This document shows, in pieces, positions 31,241-41,773 of a stretch of 64,000 bases of DNA. The DNA is taken from the NCBI GenBank assembly GCA_035250975.1, contig DATFEP010000061.1:112494-176493 (forward strand). The letters run 5' to 3'. The position numbers and the translations under genes are program-made. Below the pieces are notes generated by a model, which saw only the letters and a list, made by a program, of their open reading frames with translations, made no database searches and was not told the DNA's origin. Origin of the DNA: Nitrososphaeraceae archaeon. GTDB lineage: Archaea; Thermoproteota; Nitrososphaeria; Nitrososphaerales; Nitrososphaeraceae. Within the stretch, counting starts at the first letter, position 1; each line of letters starts with the position of its first letter.

Positions 31241-32290
31241 ATGAAGGCGGCAGTTTTTAGAGAATATAACAAAGATCCTATACAGGTAGTTAAAATTGAA
31301 GATATAGAAACTCCTAAAATAAAACCTAATGAAGTTTTGATAAAGGTCGAATCAGCTTCATATAATTATAATGATTTATGGGCAATTTGGGGAGATCCTG
31401 TCCAAACCCCACTTCCTCATATTTCAGGAAGTGATGTAGCGGGTACAGTGGTAGAGATTGGAGAAGAAGTAACCAACTTTAAGCTAGGAGACAGAGTTGT
31501 TTCTCATTCCAATATGAGCTGTAGAACTTGTGCTTTATGTACATCTGGAAAAGAATATGATTGTCCACAAAGAAGCATTTGGGGTTTTCAAACTGGACCT
31601 CTTTGGGGAGGGTTTGCGCAATATACCCATTTGCCAGAAGTAAATGTAGCCAAGATACCAGATACAGTATCTTTTGATGATGCTGCAGCAATTTCAATGG
31701 TGGGAATGACATCATGGCATATGTTAGTTGGTAGAGCGAAGATAAAACCAGGACAAACAGTTTTGATAATGGGGGGAACAAGCGGAGTAGGAATGTCGGG
31801 AATCCAAATAGCAAAATTATATAATTGTGATGTTATTGCAACTGCGGGTAATCAGGCAAAAATGGATAAGTGTTTGGAGCTCGGTGCGGATCATGTTGTA
31901 AACCATCGAGAGTCTGATTGGTCAAAGAAAGTACGAAATCTAACAAATAAACAAGGAGTGGATGTAGTTTTCGAACACATCGGAAAATCTGTTTTCCCAC
32001 AGGAAGTCTCTTTATTAAAAATGGGAGGAACCCTTGTAGCTACGGGTGCCACCACTGGCTATGACACCACGATAGATTTGAGATATCTTTTCTTTAAAGG
32101 CACTAATCTTCTTGGTTCTACTCAGGGGACAAAAGCAGAATTGGAAGATGTCATATACTGGGTTGGTAAAGGTAAAATCAAACCTCTTATAGCAACAACT
32201 TTACCATTTTCTGATATGGTGAAGGGTCATACTATGATGGCCAATGCTGATCAGATTGGGAAGATCCTCACAACCCCACAAAGCCTTTAA
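31241..32290 (+). CDS. Zn-binding MDR dehydrogenase (acryloyl-CoA reductase candidate)
   Basis: HISGSDVAG, CRTCALC..C, GGTSGVG. The specific substrate is inference. Confidence 0.85.
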   Translation: MKAAVFREYNKDPIQVVKIEDIETPKIKPNEVLIKVESASYNYNDLWAIWGDPVQTPLPHISGSDVAGTVVEIGEEVTNFKLGDRVVSHSNMSCRTCALCTSGKEYDCPQRSIWGFQTGPLWGGFAQYTHLPEVNVAKIPDTVSFDDAAAISMVGMTSWHMLVGRAKIKPGQTVLIMGGTSGVGMSGIQIAKLYNCDVIATAGNQAKMDKCLELGADHVVNHRESDWSKKVRNLTNKQGVDVVFEHIGKSVFPQEVSLLKMGGTLVATGATTGYDTTIDLRYLFFKGTNLLGSTQGTKAELEDVIYWVGKGKIKPLIATTLPFSDMVKGHTMMANADQIGKILTTPQSL

Positions 32291-32310
32291 TCTTTTCTTT
32301 TATTTTTTTT
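32290..32310 (+). terminator. Oligo-T archaeal terminator candidate
   Basis: tcttttctttTatttttttt immediately after the stop codon. Confidence 0.45.
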
Positions 32311-32319
32311 ATTACTCTA

Positions 32320-33264
32320 GTGATTTTACACATGGTATTTAGGAGCCTTTTATTTATACCAGGAAACAATAAGAAATTTTTGGATAAATCTAAATCTCTA
32401 TCTCCAGATATAATCTGTTATGACCTGGAAGATTCTGTTCCCCTCAATGAAAAAGAAAATGCAAGACAAATGATAATGAACGCAACCGCTCTTGATAAAA
32501 ATCAGGATAACCCTGTTGAGAAACCGCAGATGTTGGGAAAATTAGCAAATACTAATTCCCAGGTTTTTGTTAGAATAAATTCATTTGAATCTGGAATATA
32601 TGACCAGGATTTAAGATCTACATTGAATAGTGGAATAGATGGAATAGTTATACCAAAAGTAAACTCAGTTTTAGAACTTAAACAAATAATCAATCTTATT
32701 AAATCTTTGGAAAAAGAAAGGAATCTCGAAGAAATAAAGTTGATCGCATCAATAGAATCTTCTTTGGGTGTTGTAAATTCATATTCGATCGCTTCTTTTG
32801 ATTCTAGAGTTGTTGCATTAGTTTTTGGTGTTTTTGATTATTTATATGATATGAAACTAGATTATTCTGAACGTGATGGATTAGAATATAGTTATGCACG
32901 AGCAAAAATTCCAGTTGACGCACGAGCTGCTGGCATTTCTGCTTTAGACTCTATATGGCAAAAAATTGATGATATTGATGGACTAAAACAAGATGCAATG
33001 ATAGCAAAGAGGCTTGGATATTCGGGAAAAACCATCATTCATCCCAAACACATTGATTCTGTTAATGAAGTATTTTTTCCTTCACAAAATGAAATAGATT
33101 GGGCAAACAAAGTGATGTCTATCGTCAAACAATTTGAAGAGAAGGGAGATAAAAGAGGTGCACTCAAGGTAGACGGCAAAATGGTTGACGCTGTTCATTT
33201 TAAACATGCGAAATTAATACTTGATATATTGAAACGCAAGCAAAATGAAAATAAAAGTTCCTAA
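32320..33264 (+). CDS. CitE/malyl-CoA lyase family CoA-ester lyase
   Basis: RSLLFIPG, DLEDSV, VRINS, PKV, IES, GKTIIHP, DGKMVD. Confidence 0.9.
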   Translation: MILHMVFRSLLFIPGNNKKFLDKSKSLSPDIICYDLEDSVPLNEKENARQMIMNATALDKNQDNPVEKPQMLGKLANTNSQVFVRINSFESGIYDQDLRSTLNSGIDGIVIPKVNSVLELKQIINLIKSLEKERNLEEIKLIASIESSLGVVNSYSIASFDSRVVALVFGVFDYLYDMKLDYSERDGLEYSYARAKIPVDARAAGISALDSIWQKIDDIDGLKQDAMIAKRLGYSGKTIIHPKHIDSVNEVFFPSQNEIDWANKVMSIVKQFEEKGDKRGALKVDGKMVDAVHFKHAKLILDILKRKQNENKSS

Positions 33265-33326
33265 TCTAGTGAACTTTTGATGAGAGGTCAATAAGGTTTA
33301 TTTTCTCATCATTTTCATAGCATGAT

Positions 33327-34682
33327 ATGGCCATTCTACCAATAGATTCTGGAAGGTATGGTAGCAAGGAAATCAAAATGATCTTTGAAGAAGACAAAAA
33401 ACTGGAATATGCACTTCAATTTGAAGCCGCTGTTGCGTCGTCTCAATCAAGTCTAGGTTTAATACCCAAAGAGGCATCTGATGAGATAAATTTACATGTA
33501 AATTCTGGTAATATTACAGTAGCAAGGATTAAGGAACTTGAATCTACCACCGATCATGATATGGCTGCTCTCGTACAAGCTTTGAGTGAACAATGTTCCG
33601 AGAATACAAAGCCTTGGGTACACTTTGGTCTAACGAGTAACGATATTGTTGATACTACTACGTCAATGCAGTTAAAAGATTCATTGGTTATAATAGAATC
33701 AAAAATTCGAACGCTAGCATCTTTATTTTCTGAGAAAGCTTTAGAATTTAAGAATCAGCCGGCAGTAGGTAGAACCCATGGACAACATGCTAGCATTATT
33801 CCATTCGGTTTAAAATTTGCAGTCTGGGCAATTGAAATGGTAAAACATATTGAAAGAATCAGAGAAGGAAAAAAGAGATTCCTGATCTGCAAAACTCTAG
33901 GTGTAGTGGGTACAGGATCTCTGATGGGAGAAAAAGCACTTGATGTTCAAAATAAAGTTGCTACCTCTCTGAATCTATATCCATCTGACGCTGCTACACA
34001 AGTAATTCCAAGAGAGAGGCTCGCAGAATTTCAATTTTTGATAGCACTTGTAGGTACGACTCTAGATAAAGTTGCAATAGAAATAAGGAATTTACAGCGT
34101 CCAGAATTGGATGAAGTATCTGAATCTTTTAAGGAAGGTCAAATGGGAAGCAGCGCAGTGCCAGTAAAGAGAAATCCTATAAAAAGCGAAAGAGTATCAT
34201 CCTTAGCAAAACTTTTGCGCCCATTAGTACAGGTTGCTATGGATAATATCAGTTTGTGGCATGAAAGAGATCTCTCTAATTCTGCAAATGAAAGATTCAC
34301 AATTCCTATGGGAATAATACTACTTGATGAGATGCTAAATACTATGATCAAAGTTATATCGGAACTGAATATTAACATTGATAAAATTTTTTCCAATATA
34401 GAAATTACAAAGGGACAAATTTATGCAGAATTTGTTTTGGAATCATTGGTTAAAAAGGGAATTCCAAGAATAAATGCATATAGGGATATTCAAAGAATAG
34501 CCTTTGCGGCAAAAGAATCTGGAAAACACTTTATTCAGGCTATAAAGGATGATGATATATTATCATCTCATTTCAATGATGATGAACTTGATTCTCTATT
34601 TAAGCCACAAAATCATTTTGCCTCAGCCATTCAAATCATAGAAAATGTTTCTAAGATTGTCTCGAAAGAATTTAAAAAATGA
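33327..34682 (+). CDS. purB: Adenylosuccinate lyase
   Basis: HFGLTSND, GRTHGQHA, GSSAVPVKRNP, WHERDLSNS. Confidence 0.96.
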   Translation: MAILPIDSGRYGSKEIKMIFEEDKKLEYALQFEAAVASSQSSLGLIPKEASDEINLHVNSGNITVARIKELESTTDHDMAALVQALSEQCSENTKPWVHFGLTSNDIVDTTTSMQLKDSLVIIESKIRTLASLFSEKALEFKNQPAVGRTHGQHASIIPFGLKFAVWAIEMVKHIERIREGKKRFLICKTLGVVGTGSLMGEKALDVQNKVATSLNLYPSDAATQVIPRERLAEFQFLIALVGTTLDKVAIEIRNLQRPELDEVSESFKEGQMGSSAVPVKRNPIKSERVSSLAKLLRPLVQVAMDNISLWHERDLSNSANERFTIPMGIILLDEMLNTMIKVISELNINIDKIFSNIEITKGQIYAEFVLESLVKKGIPRINAYRDIQRIAFAAKESGKHFIQAIKDDDILSSHFNDDELDSLFKPQNHFASAIQIIENVSKIVSKEFKK

Positions 34683-35623
34683 ATGAATTTCGTTGTCATT
34701 ATTTACGTTTCATTTCTATCTAAAGATACAAAGATATCATCATAATATCTTTTCTTTTCTAACTTTTATAATTATAGTGGAAATACCAAAAATCTATGTA
34801 CTGATTTTTAGTAGCATATAAAATTCTATGTTCCATTAATGACTCTTCTAATTTTAAATATTATATTTATTTCAAAGCCAGTGTTTTAGATAATAATTAC
34901 AGCTTTTATGACAACAGATATTGTTTTTATACCCATCTCTTTACTTTTTAAGAAAACATATTATTGAAAGAAACTAGTATTATCAAAATTAAAAAAGATA
35001 TGATACAAAATAATTAAGTCACATGAATATATTCATGAAGATAAAAGAGCAAATGTGTTGTACCAGAGTTGTAACAACATATCGTAAATAATAGTTACAC
35101 TATGCTTGCGAACGAATTTCAAGTTGAATTACGCAATACAGATAAAAATAATTCAATAGTCTAATATCATTCTGTTGAATGACGAATACCCAAGAAATTA
35201 CGTGAGAATATGCAACTTTAGCTTTCCTTTCTTCTGAATCCCTTGAAACGTTTTCATAAAAAGATATCATGTAATATTGAAAAACTTTGTTAAATATGTG
35301 CAAGATCAATTACCATCACAAGAAAGAATACTAGGACTGATGTCCGGATAGCTGCGTCATTCAAGTTGAATGCAAATTTGATATGCTGCTTTAAAGTGTT
35401 ATTCATAATAAAAGTAATCCAGTATAGTCAGAAGATGAAATAACAATAAGGTATATAATGAAAATCTAAATCATGAATGCAATAACAACTAAACGTAGGA
35501 TTAAAATACATAAAAGAATCAGTACACCTAATTATAATTAATATCTTGTTTATTAATAATTAAAATTTGTTATTTTATATTATTAAAGTAATATATTCAA
35601 CAGTTATTATAATATTGTTTTGA

Positions 35624-36418
35624 TCAATGATTTATTTTAGTCAATAAAAGTTTTCTTATTTCATCCTCCTTCTTTATACCTTTTATAAGGTTTTTGTGAA
35701 TTAAAGAACCGTATTGCAAAGCTTTTTTTGGCTGTAGAGCTGCTTCAACTGGTACATTCAACAAAATGGCCACTTCTCGTAAAATATGTTTTCTGAGTAA
35801 GTCATTTGAACTTGTAATCTTTTTATCTATTGGTATTTTTTTTGCGTATTCTATAAAATCACACGATAAAAAAGGTTGCTTAATGGAAACGTTAAATTCA
35901 TTTGAAACCTCCTGTATTTCCTTAACAAGCATTTGTTCATTTTCTATTTTTTTATCCATAAATTTATTTATTTCCACAATTCCGTCTGAAAATATTTGTC
36001 TGTATCTGTCATACCCACAAAATAATTCGTCGAAGCCATTAGCAGTGAGAACAGTGTTAAACCCATTCGATGAAGCTAAAAAAGAAATATAATAGAAAGC
36101 GACACAATTTTCGATGTGAGATAAATTGTTACATGGTATATTCTTTATAATTTTTTTCAAGACGATAATAAAATTCTCGATATTGATTTCATAAGTTATA
36201 TGTTTTATACTCATTTTGTTAGAAATAAATTTAGAAAATTCAATATCATGGGAACCTGGAAAACCTATTGAGAGTAAGGTAACATCTTTAAAATTATCTT
36301 TTACAATCTTTGCTAACAACGAACTATCTAATCCGCCAGAAAAAGCAATAGCAAAATTTTCCCTTCTAGCCACACTAATATCTATTGATTTTACAATTTC
36401 ATAAATGATATCAAGCAA
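35624..36418 (-). CDS. Asparagine-synthase C-terminal (PP-loop) domain protein
   Basis: AFSGGLDSS, ANGFDELFCGY, PFL, RKHILRE, KKALQYGS; no N-terminal glutaminase domain. Confidence 0.85.
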   Translation of the reverse strand: MLDIIYEIVKSIDISVARRENFAIAFSGGLDSSLLAKIVKDNFKDVTLLSIGFPGSHDIEFSKFISNKMSIKHITYEINIENFIIVLKKIIKNIPCNNLSHIENCVAFYYISFLASSNGFNTVLTANGFDELFCGYDRYRQIFSDGIVEINKFMDKKIENEQMLVKEIQEVSNEFNVSIKQPFLSCDFIEYAKKIPIDKKITSSNDLLRKHILREVAILLNVPVEAALQPKKALQYGSLIHKNLIKGIKKEDEIRKLLLTKINH

Positions 36419-36622
36419 TTATCATTCAATTCAAGTATCCTTTTACTCTAACTTTTAAATATACCTTTTTAAATTTTCTGACAATTTTATATTGTTTTTT
36501 AAATTTTGTTTATTACTCAAAGAAAATATTCTTCTACAGTATTCAAGGTTTAAAAATAGTAATTAGTTATTATCATTAAAGATTTTTATATAAAATATTT
36601 CGATATTTAATTTAGTTAAGCT

Positions 36623-37435
36623 ATGACTCGTAATCTCGTGGAAAGCGATATTAAATATATCAATCATAATGGAGTACATCTCTCAAATAGAACTAAATTA
36701 TCTTTATCAAATTTATTCATTTTTTTAGGAAAAGATCATGAAATTGATGCAAAAATTATGTCACCTAATAATAAAATGTTTATCATTGATTTCAAGATTG
36801 AAGACAACAAGTTTATACAAGTAATAGATTCTCAGGATGACATTGATAAATTTAATAAGATCAAAGAAGATTTACCAGATCTTGATATTGTAGCAATTGG
36901 TTCATCAAAATATGCCGGAAAATCAACAGAATTTGAATCATTATTCCTGTTTGATTCTAAAAATTGCCGTATAGGTTCTATTTTTATTGAGGATCCTTCC
37001 TTGTCTTTTGATTACGCCCATATTCTACCTCTAGTTACAAAATGCTCCATTCTTCATGGACATACATCAACAGTAATGGTTGAAATCATTGGAAATATGA
37101 GTAATGGCTTAGTTATGGATTTTAGTGAGGCTAAAAGACTTATCAAAGAGTCAATTAATGATCTAGATCATAAATTTTTTATCAATAGACGATATCTACT
37201 AAAAGAAGATGAAATCTATTATTTTGTTCAGTTTGAGGGACCTAGAGGATTTTTCAATCTCCAATTACCAAAGTCAACGGTCTATCTTTTAGAAGATGAG
37301 GCTACCGTGGAAAATCTTTCTAGGGAGATAATAAAAATCCTTTCTCCAAAAATGCCTAAAAATATCGATGCGTTGGGAGTTTATATTTACGAAGGAGTCA
37401 ACAAAGGCGCCCACCTACTGGCCAATCTAAAATAG
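36623..37435 (+). CDS. QueD/PTPS-like 6-carboxytetrahydropterin synthase with N-terminal extension
   Basis: FDYAH, CSILHGH, GLVMDF, LDHK, TVENL, YEG. Confidence 0.85.
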   Translation: MTRNLVESDIKYINHNGVHLSNRTKLSLSNLFIFLGKDHEIDAKIMSPNNKMFIIDFKIEDNKFIQVIDSQDDIDKFNKIKEDLPDLDIVAIGSSKYAGKSTEFESLFLFDSKNCRIGSIFIEDPSLSFDYAHILPLVTKCSILHGHTSTVMVEIIGNMSNGLVMDFSEAKRLIKESINDLDHKFFINRRYLLKEDEIYYFVQFEGPRGFFNLQLPKSTVYLLEDEATVENLSREIIKILSPKMPKNIDALGVYIYEGVNKGAHLLANLK

Positions 37436-37598
37436 ATTCGTTATACCCTATTGGTATTTCATCATTTTCTTCTTGTGTTCCTTTTCAAATTTAATATCTA
37501 ATTTTTTAGACTGGAGAATAATATTCCATCAAATATACATATATCGATACTAACGTTAATAACCACATTGTAATATTAAGACTAACTAAATCTGAGAG

Positions 37599-39995
37599 AT
37601 GGAACCTAAAATCAATTTAAAATCTTGGAATCATATATTAGAATCAAAAATTCTCAAATCTTGGGAAGACGAAGATCTATATAATTTTAATTTAAAAGAA
37701 AATAATATTAAAAATATATTTGTAATAGACACTCCCCCACCATATCCATCAGGAAGACCATGGCATATTGGAGCGGCAGCACATTATGCACAGATTGATA
37801 TGATTGCAAGAACAGCGAGAATGGATGGAAAGATTGTTATGTTTCCAATTGGGATAGATCGAAATGGTCTTCCAGTTGAAATTTACACTGAAAGAAAATA
37901 CAAGGTCAAAATGAGACAAATGGAAAGGGAAAAATTCCTAGACCTGTGCAAGTCTGCCCTTGATGATCTTGAATCAGAAATGATCAATATCATGAAAAAT
38001 CTTGGAATTAGTGCGAACTTTAAAGAATATTATAGGACAGATTCGGTTGAATTTAGGTCTCTCACTCAGAAAACATTTATCGATTTGTGGAATAAAGGTC
38101 TTGTATACATTTCTAATAGACCTAATAATTATTGTACAGATTGTGGTACAACTATTGCGGATGCAGAAATAATTTATGAAGATCTTCCGACAAATTTAGT
38201 TTACATGTATTTCGATATTGAAAATAGCAATACTGATAAATTAATTATAGCATCAACTCGTCCAGAATTGCTTTTTGCATGTCAAGCTGTCATAGTTAAT
38301 CCTAAAGATGATCGGTATTATCCATTCCACGGAAAAAAAGTAATACTGCCACTTTTCAAAAGGAAAGTACCAATTCTTGTTCATCACTCAGTAAAACCAG
38401 AATTTGGAACAGGTATGGTAATGGTATGTAGTTACGGGGATCAAAATGATGTGCAAGTTTTTAGAGACTTGAACCTAAAGGAAATAGTTGCACTTGATCA
38501 AAATGGTTACACCACAGATGAGGCTAAGCCTTACCAAAATTTAATGATTAATAATGCAAGAGAAAAAATAGTTAAAGATTTAAGAGAAGGCGGCTTCGTT
38601 GAACGGGAGGAAAAAGTAGTTCATCGTACACCACTTTGTGAGAGAAGTAAGACGCCAGTACAAATTATCCCTCTACATGACTATTATTTGAAGCAATTAG
38701 AATATGTGCCAGTTTTGAAAGGCATCTCAAAAAATATTTGTTTTTATCCTGAGATACATAAACAGATCTTAAATAATTGGCTTGACGCAATTTCAATAGA
38801 TTGGCCAATTTCAAGAAGAAGATTTTATGGTACTGAAATACCTGTATGGTTTTGTAATAAATGTCAGACTCCAAATCTTCCTGATTCTGGACAGTATTAT
38901 CAGCCTTGGAAGGAAAGACCGCCTTTCGACACCTGTTCCAAATGTGGATCAACAGAGTTTACTGGAGAGGAAAAAACTTTTGATACATGGATGGACTCTA
39001 GTATTACACCGTTATTTATTTCTAAATTCTCCCGAGATGCGAAATTTTACAAGCATACTTATCCTTGTACAATTAGACCCCAAGCAAAGGATATCATAAG
39101 AACGTGGTTATATTATACTCTGCTTAGATGTTACCAACTTACGGATACATTGGCTTGGAATAATGCATGGGTTATGGGTTATGGGGTTGACGAAAAAGGG
39201 AAAAAAATGAGTAAAAGTAAAGGTAATGTCATTGATCCTTTTCCTGTTATACAGCAGTTTGGAGCTGATACATTTAGATTTTGGTCTGCAAGTGAAACAA
39301 ATTTAGGTCAAGATTTTCGTTGTTCTGAGCAAAGTATATCTATCTCTCAAAAATTTTTGTCTAAATTGTGGAATATAGGAAGATTTCTATCATCATTTCC
39401 AATCCCTAAAGAAATTTATGCAGATATAGATGTAAAAAATATTTTACCAACTGATAAATGGATACTTTCAGAATTATTCAGACTTGTTGAGAATTGTAGT
39501 AAGGGATATAATATCTTTAATTTTTTCATTCCTTCCAATCATATACGTGACTTTACTTGGAATCTTTTTGCGTCCCACTATGTTGAGATGGTCAAGTCAC
39601 GAGTCTATGATGATTCCGATCCAACCGCTCAAAATTCTGCACTTTATGCATTGCATAAATGTTTTTCAACCATACTGCTATTACTTGCACCAATTTGCCC
39701 TTTCATTACTGAAGAATTATGGAAAACACTTTATTCTTCGCAAAGTATCCATTTACAGAAAAAACCATTGACAAATGATTTTTTCAAAGATTTTGAAAAA
39801 TTTACAGAAAAAATCGTCGAATTTAACTCCTTTGTATGGAATAAGAAAAAAGAATCTATTAATCCAGATACTGGTAAACCGGCTTCCTTAAAAGACCCTA
39901 TCTCACTTTCTGTTCCATCAGAGTTGCAAGAATTCGAAAAAGATCTTCAGTATATGCACAATTTGCATAATATCAATAATATTAACGATAATTGA
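37599..39995 (+). CDS. valS: Valine--tRNA ligase
   Basis: IDTPPPYPSG, DWPISRRR, FDTWMDS, RPQAKDIIRTW, KMSKSKGN. Confidence 0.96.
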   Translation: MEPKINLKSWNHILESKILKSWEDEDLYNFNLKENNIKNIFVIDTPPPYPSGRPWHIGAAAHYAQIDMIARTARMDGKIVMFPIGIDRNGLPVEIYTERKYKVKMRQMEREKFLDLCKSALDDLESEMINIMKNLGISANFKEYYRTDSVEFRSLTQKTFIDLWNKGLVYISNRPNNYCTDCGTTIADAEIIYEDLPTNLVYMYFDIENSNTDKLIIASTRPELLFACQAVIVNPKDDRYYPFHGKKVILPLFKRKVPILVHHSVKPEFGTGMVMVCSYGDQNDVQVFRDLNLKEIVALDQNGYTTDEAKPYQNLMINNAREKIVKDLREGGFVEREEKVVHRTPLCERSKTPVQIIPLHDYYLKQLEYVPVLKGISKNICFYPEIHKQILNNWLDAISIDWPISRRRFYGTEIPVWFCNKCQTPNLPDSGQYYQPWKERPPFDTCSKCGSTEFTGEEKTFDTWMDSSITPLFISKFSRDAKFYKHTYPCTIRPQAKDIIRTWLYYTLLRCYQLTDTLAWNNAWVMGYGVDEKGKKMSKSKGNVIDPFPVIQQFGADTFRFWSASETNLGQDFRCSEQSISISQKFLSKLWNIGRFLSSFPIPKEIYADIDVKNILPTDKWILSELFRLVENCSKGYNIFNFFIPSNHIRDFTWNLFASHYVEMVKSRVYDDSDPTAQNSALYALHKCFSTILLLLAPICPFITEELWKTLYSSQSIHLQKKPLTNDFFKDFEKFTEKIVEFNSFVWNKKKESINPDTGKPASLKDPISLSVPSELQEFEKDLQYMHNLHNINNINDN

Positions 39996-40071
39996 ATGTT
40001 ATTTCTATTTAATTTATGAAATTGCGAAAAGAAAAATAAAGATTGATAATACTACATTAAATTAAAAACAA

Positions 40072-40458
40072 TTAACTATCTATCTTACCATCAATCATGT
40101 CTAAAGAATCTTCCGCTATGTCGATTACTGTATGCGAATCAATATTCGGTTCCAAAGTAATCAAAACTACCATTTTATCTAAGTAAATTGTCAGAATAGA
40201 TATTTTTTCACGTTCTACGTAGGAGAATCTAACCTTTCCCAAGGTTTCGTCAAATCTTTCTCTCATGGATCTTCTAATAGATGTTTGAGCAAGATATAGT
40301 TCCTCGCTTGTTTCATCTACAATAGAATCAATACCTCTCCTCATACCACCAGCTATCAATGTCCCGCTCTCATCAACTACCCCGGCATATCTTATGTCAT
40401 CATGTAAAGCAAATATCGATTTACATAACTTGTTGTAATCCATTGGTAAGTTAACCAA
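40072..40458 (-). CDS. Roadblock/longin-like thaumarchaeal protein (DUF6659-like)
   Basis: IRYAGVVDESGTLIAGGMRRG..MRERFDETLGKVRFSYVEREK. Confidence 0.75.
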   Translation of the reverse strand: MVNLPMDYNKLCKSIFALHDDIRYAGVVDESGTLIAGGMRRGIDSIVDETSEELYLAQTSIRRSMRERFDETLGKVRFSYVEREKISILTIYLDKMVVLITLEPNIDSHTVIDIAEDSLDMIDGKIDS

Positions 40459-41464
40459 TAATTCTATTATTGAATGTTCGGGTTGTTCTTAAAAATAAAT
40501 AACTAAGACTAATAAATCAGATTTTAGACTAAAGCCAGCCTAACTTCAGCTTGAATTTAACATACAAGAAAAACATATATCTGAATACAAGAAAAACACG
40601 ATTTTTAGTGATTTTTCTCATTCTGCTCAAACGATATTTTACAAACGACATTGTTACTTCAATAATGATATACAAACATCTTTCACTTAAAGTTTACCAG
40701 AAATGAATTTATTTATTTTTAATAAATTTTATTTATAAATTTTATATAGAACTTATGACATCTTCGTTAATAGATTTAACAAATTATGGGCCGTTAATAA
40801 TTTCTTATTCCTATTAATTAAATGCTTGATATTAAACCAAAAAAATCTACGTTCATTTAAGATAATTCAAGGAACTGTTTCAACAAACAAAATTTAATAG
40901 CTAGAACTTGAAATCATCACTGACATTTTTAGAGATATCAAGAATATTTTGTAGATGAAGGTAATTGGCTTTTCTCTAGACCTTTATTTTGCAATATTAA
41001 TGTCATTTTTCAAATAAGTAAAACATTATGCCGTTTTATGAAAAATATATTTCTATATAATAGCCATATAAGTATTAACAAAATACTATATTTATAATGT
41101 ATATTTTCATTACCGTTCTGGCAATGCCATTAAATAGTAATATTTCCAAGTTTTATAACAATATTATTTATATTTAGTCACTTTTATTTTTTATAATATC
41201 GTATTTATAAAGCTATATTTATCTAAACATTGAGGGAAAAAAGATAATAATTTGAGGTAGTAGATTTTAGGTTAGCTTGTTCCAAGTCTTTTTACGAAAA
41301 CTCATATTTTCTCGAGTTAACTCTTCAAATTAAACATCCCAGTATACAACAAACATGAAAAAACCAAAATGAGTTGAATTGAAATATTGATTAAGTAGAT
41401 GCAAAATTTGATCTAATATTGTTAACTTTGATATAGTAAATAATTTAGCAATTTTTTTCTCAAT

Positions 41465-41770
41465 CTAAAGATAATGTTTTTCGCCAGTATATCCTATATC
41501 CTGAAAAAATGAAATTATTTTTTTGATATACTTATCCTCTCTATTTAATGAATAAACATAATTTCCTAATTTCTGTTCGATTACCCAATTTATCTGTATC
41601 AACTCTGATAAATTTCTTTTAATATCTTCTCTTTTCAAGTGCGTTTTTTTGTGAAGAGCATAAACGGTAAACAATTTGTTTTCTTCCGCCATTGTTCTTA
41701 ATATTCTTATTTTTCCTATTGTTCCAAAACCCGTTTCCATTATATCTTTTACAGATCTATCTTCATTCAT
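41465..41770 (-). CDS. Winged-helix protein co-transcribed with cdc6
   Basis: GKIRILRTM..FTVYALHKKTHLKREDIKRNLSEL..YSLN; 3 bp downstream of cdc6. Confidence 0.8.
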   Translation of the reverse strand: MNEDRSVKDIMETGFGTIGKIRILRTMAEENKLFTVYALHKKTHLKREDIKRNLSELIQINWVIEQKLGNYVYSLNREDKYIKKIISFFQDIGYTGEKHYL

Positions 41771-41773
41771 CTT

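Noticed and set aside
40562-40680. Possible CRISPR-like repeats
   Set aside because: Only two short copies with 9-nt spacing, no regular spacer array and no cas genes. No CRISPR array was seen in the window.
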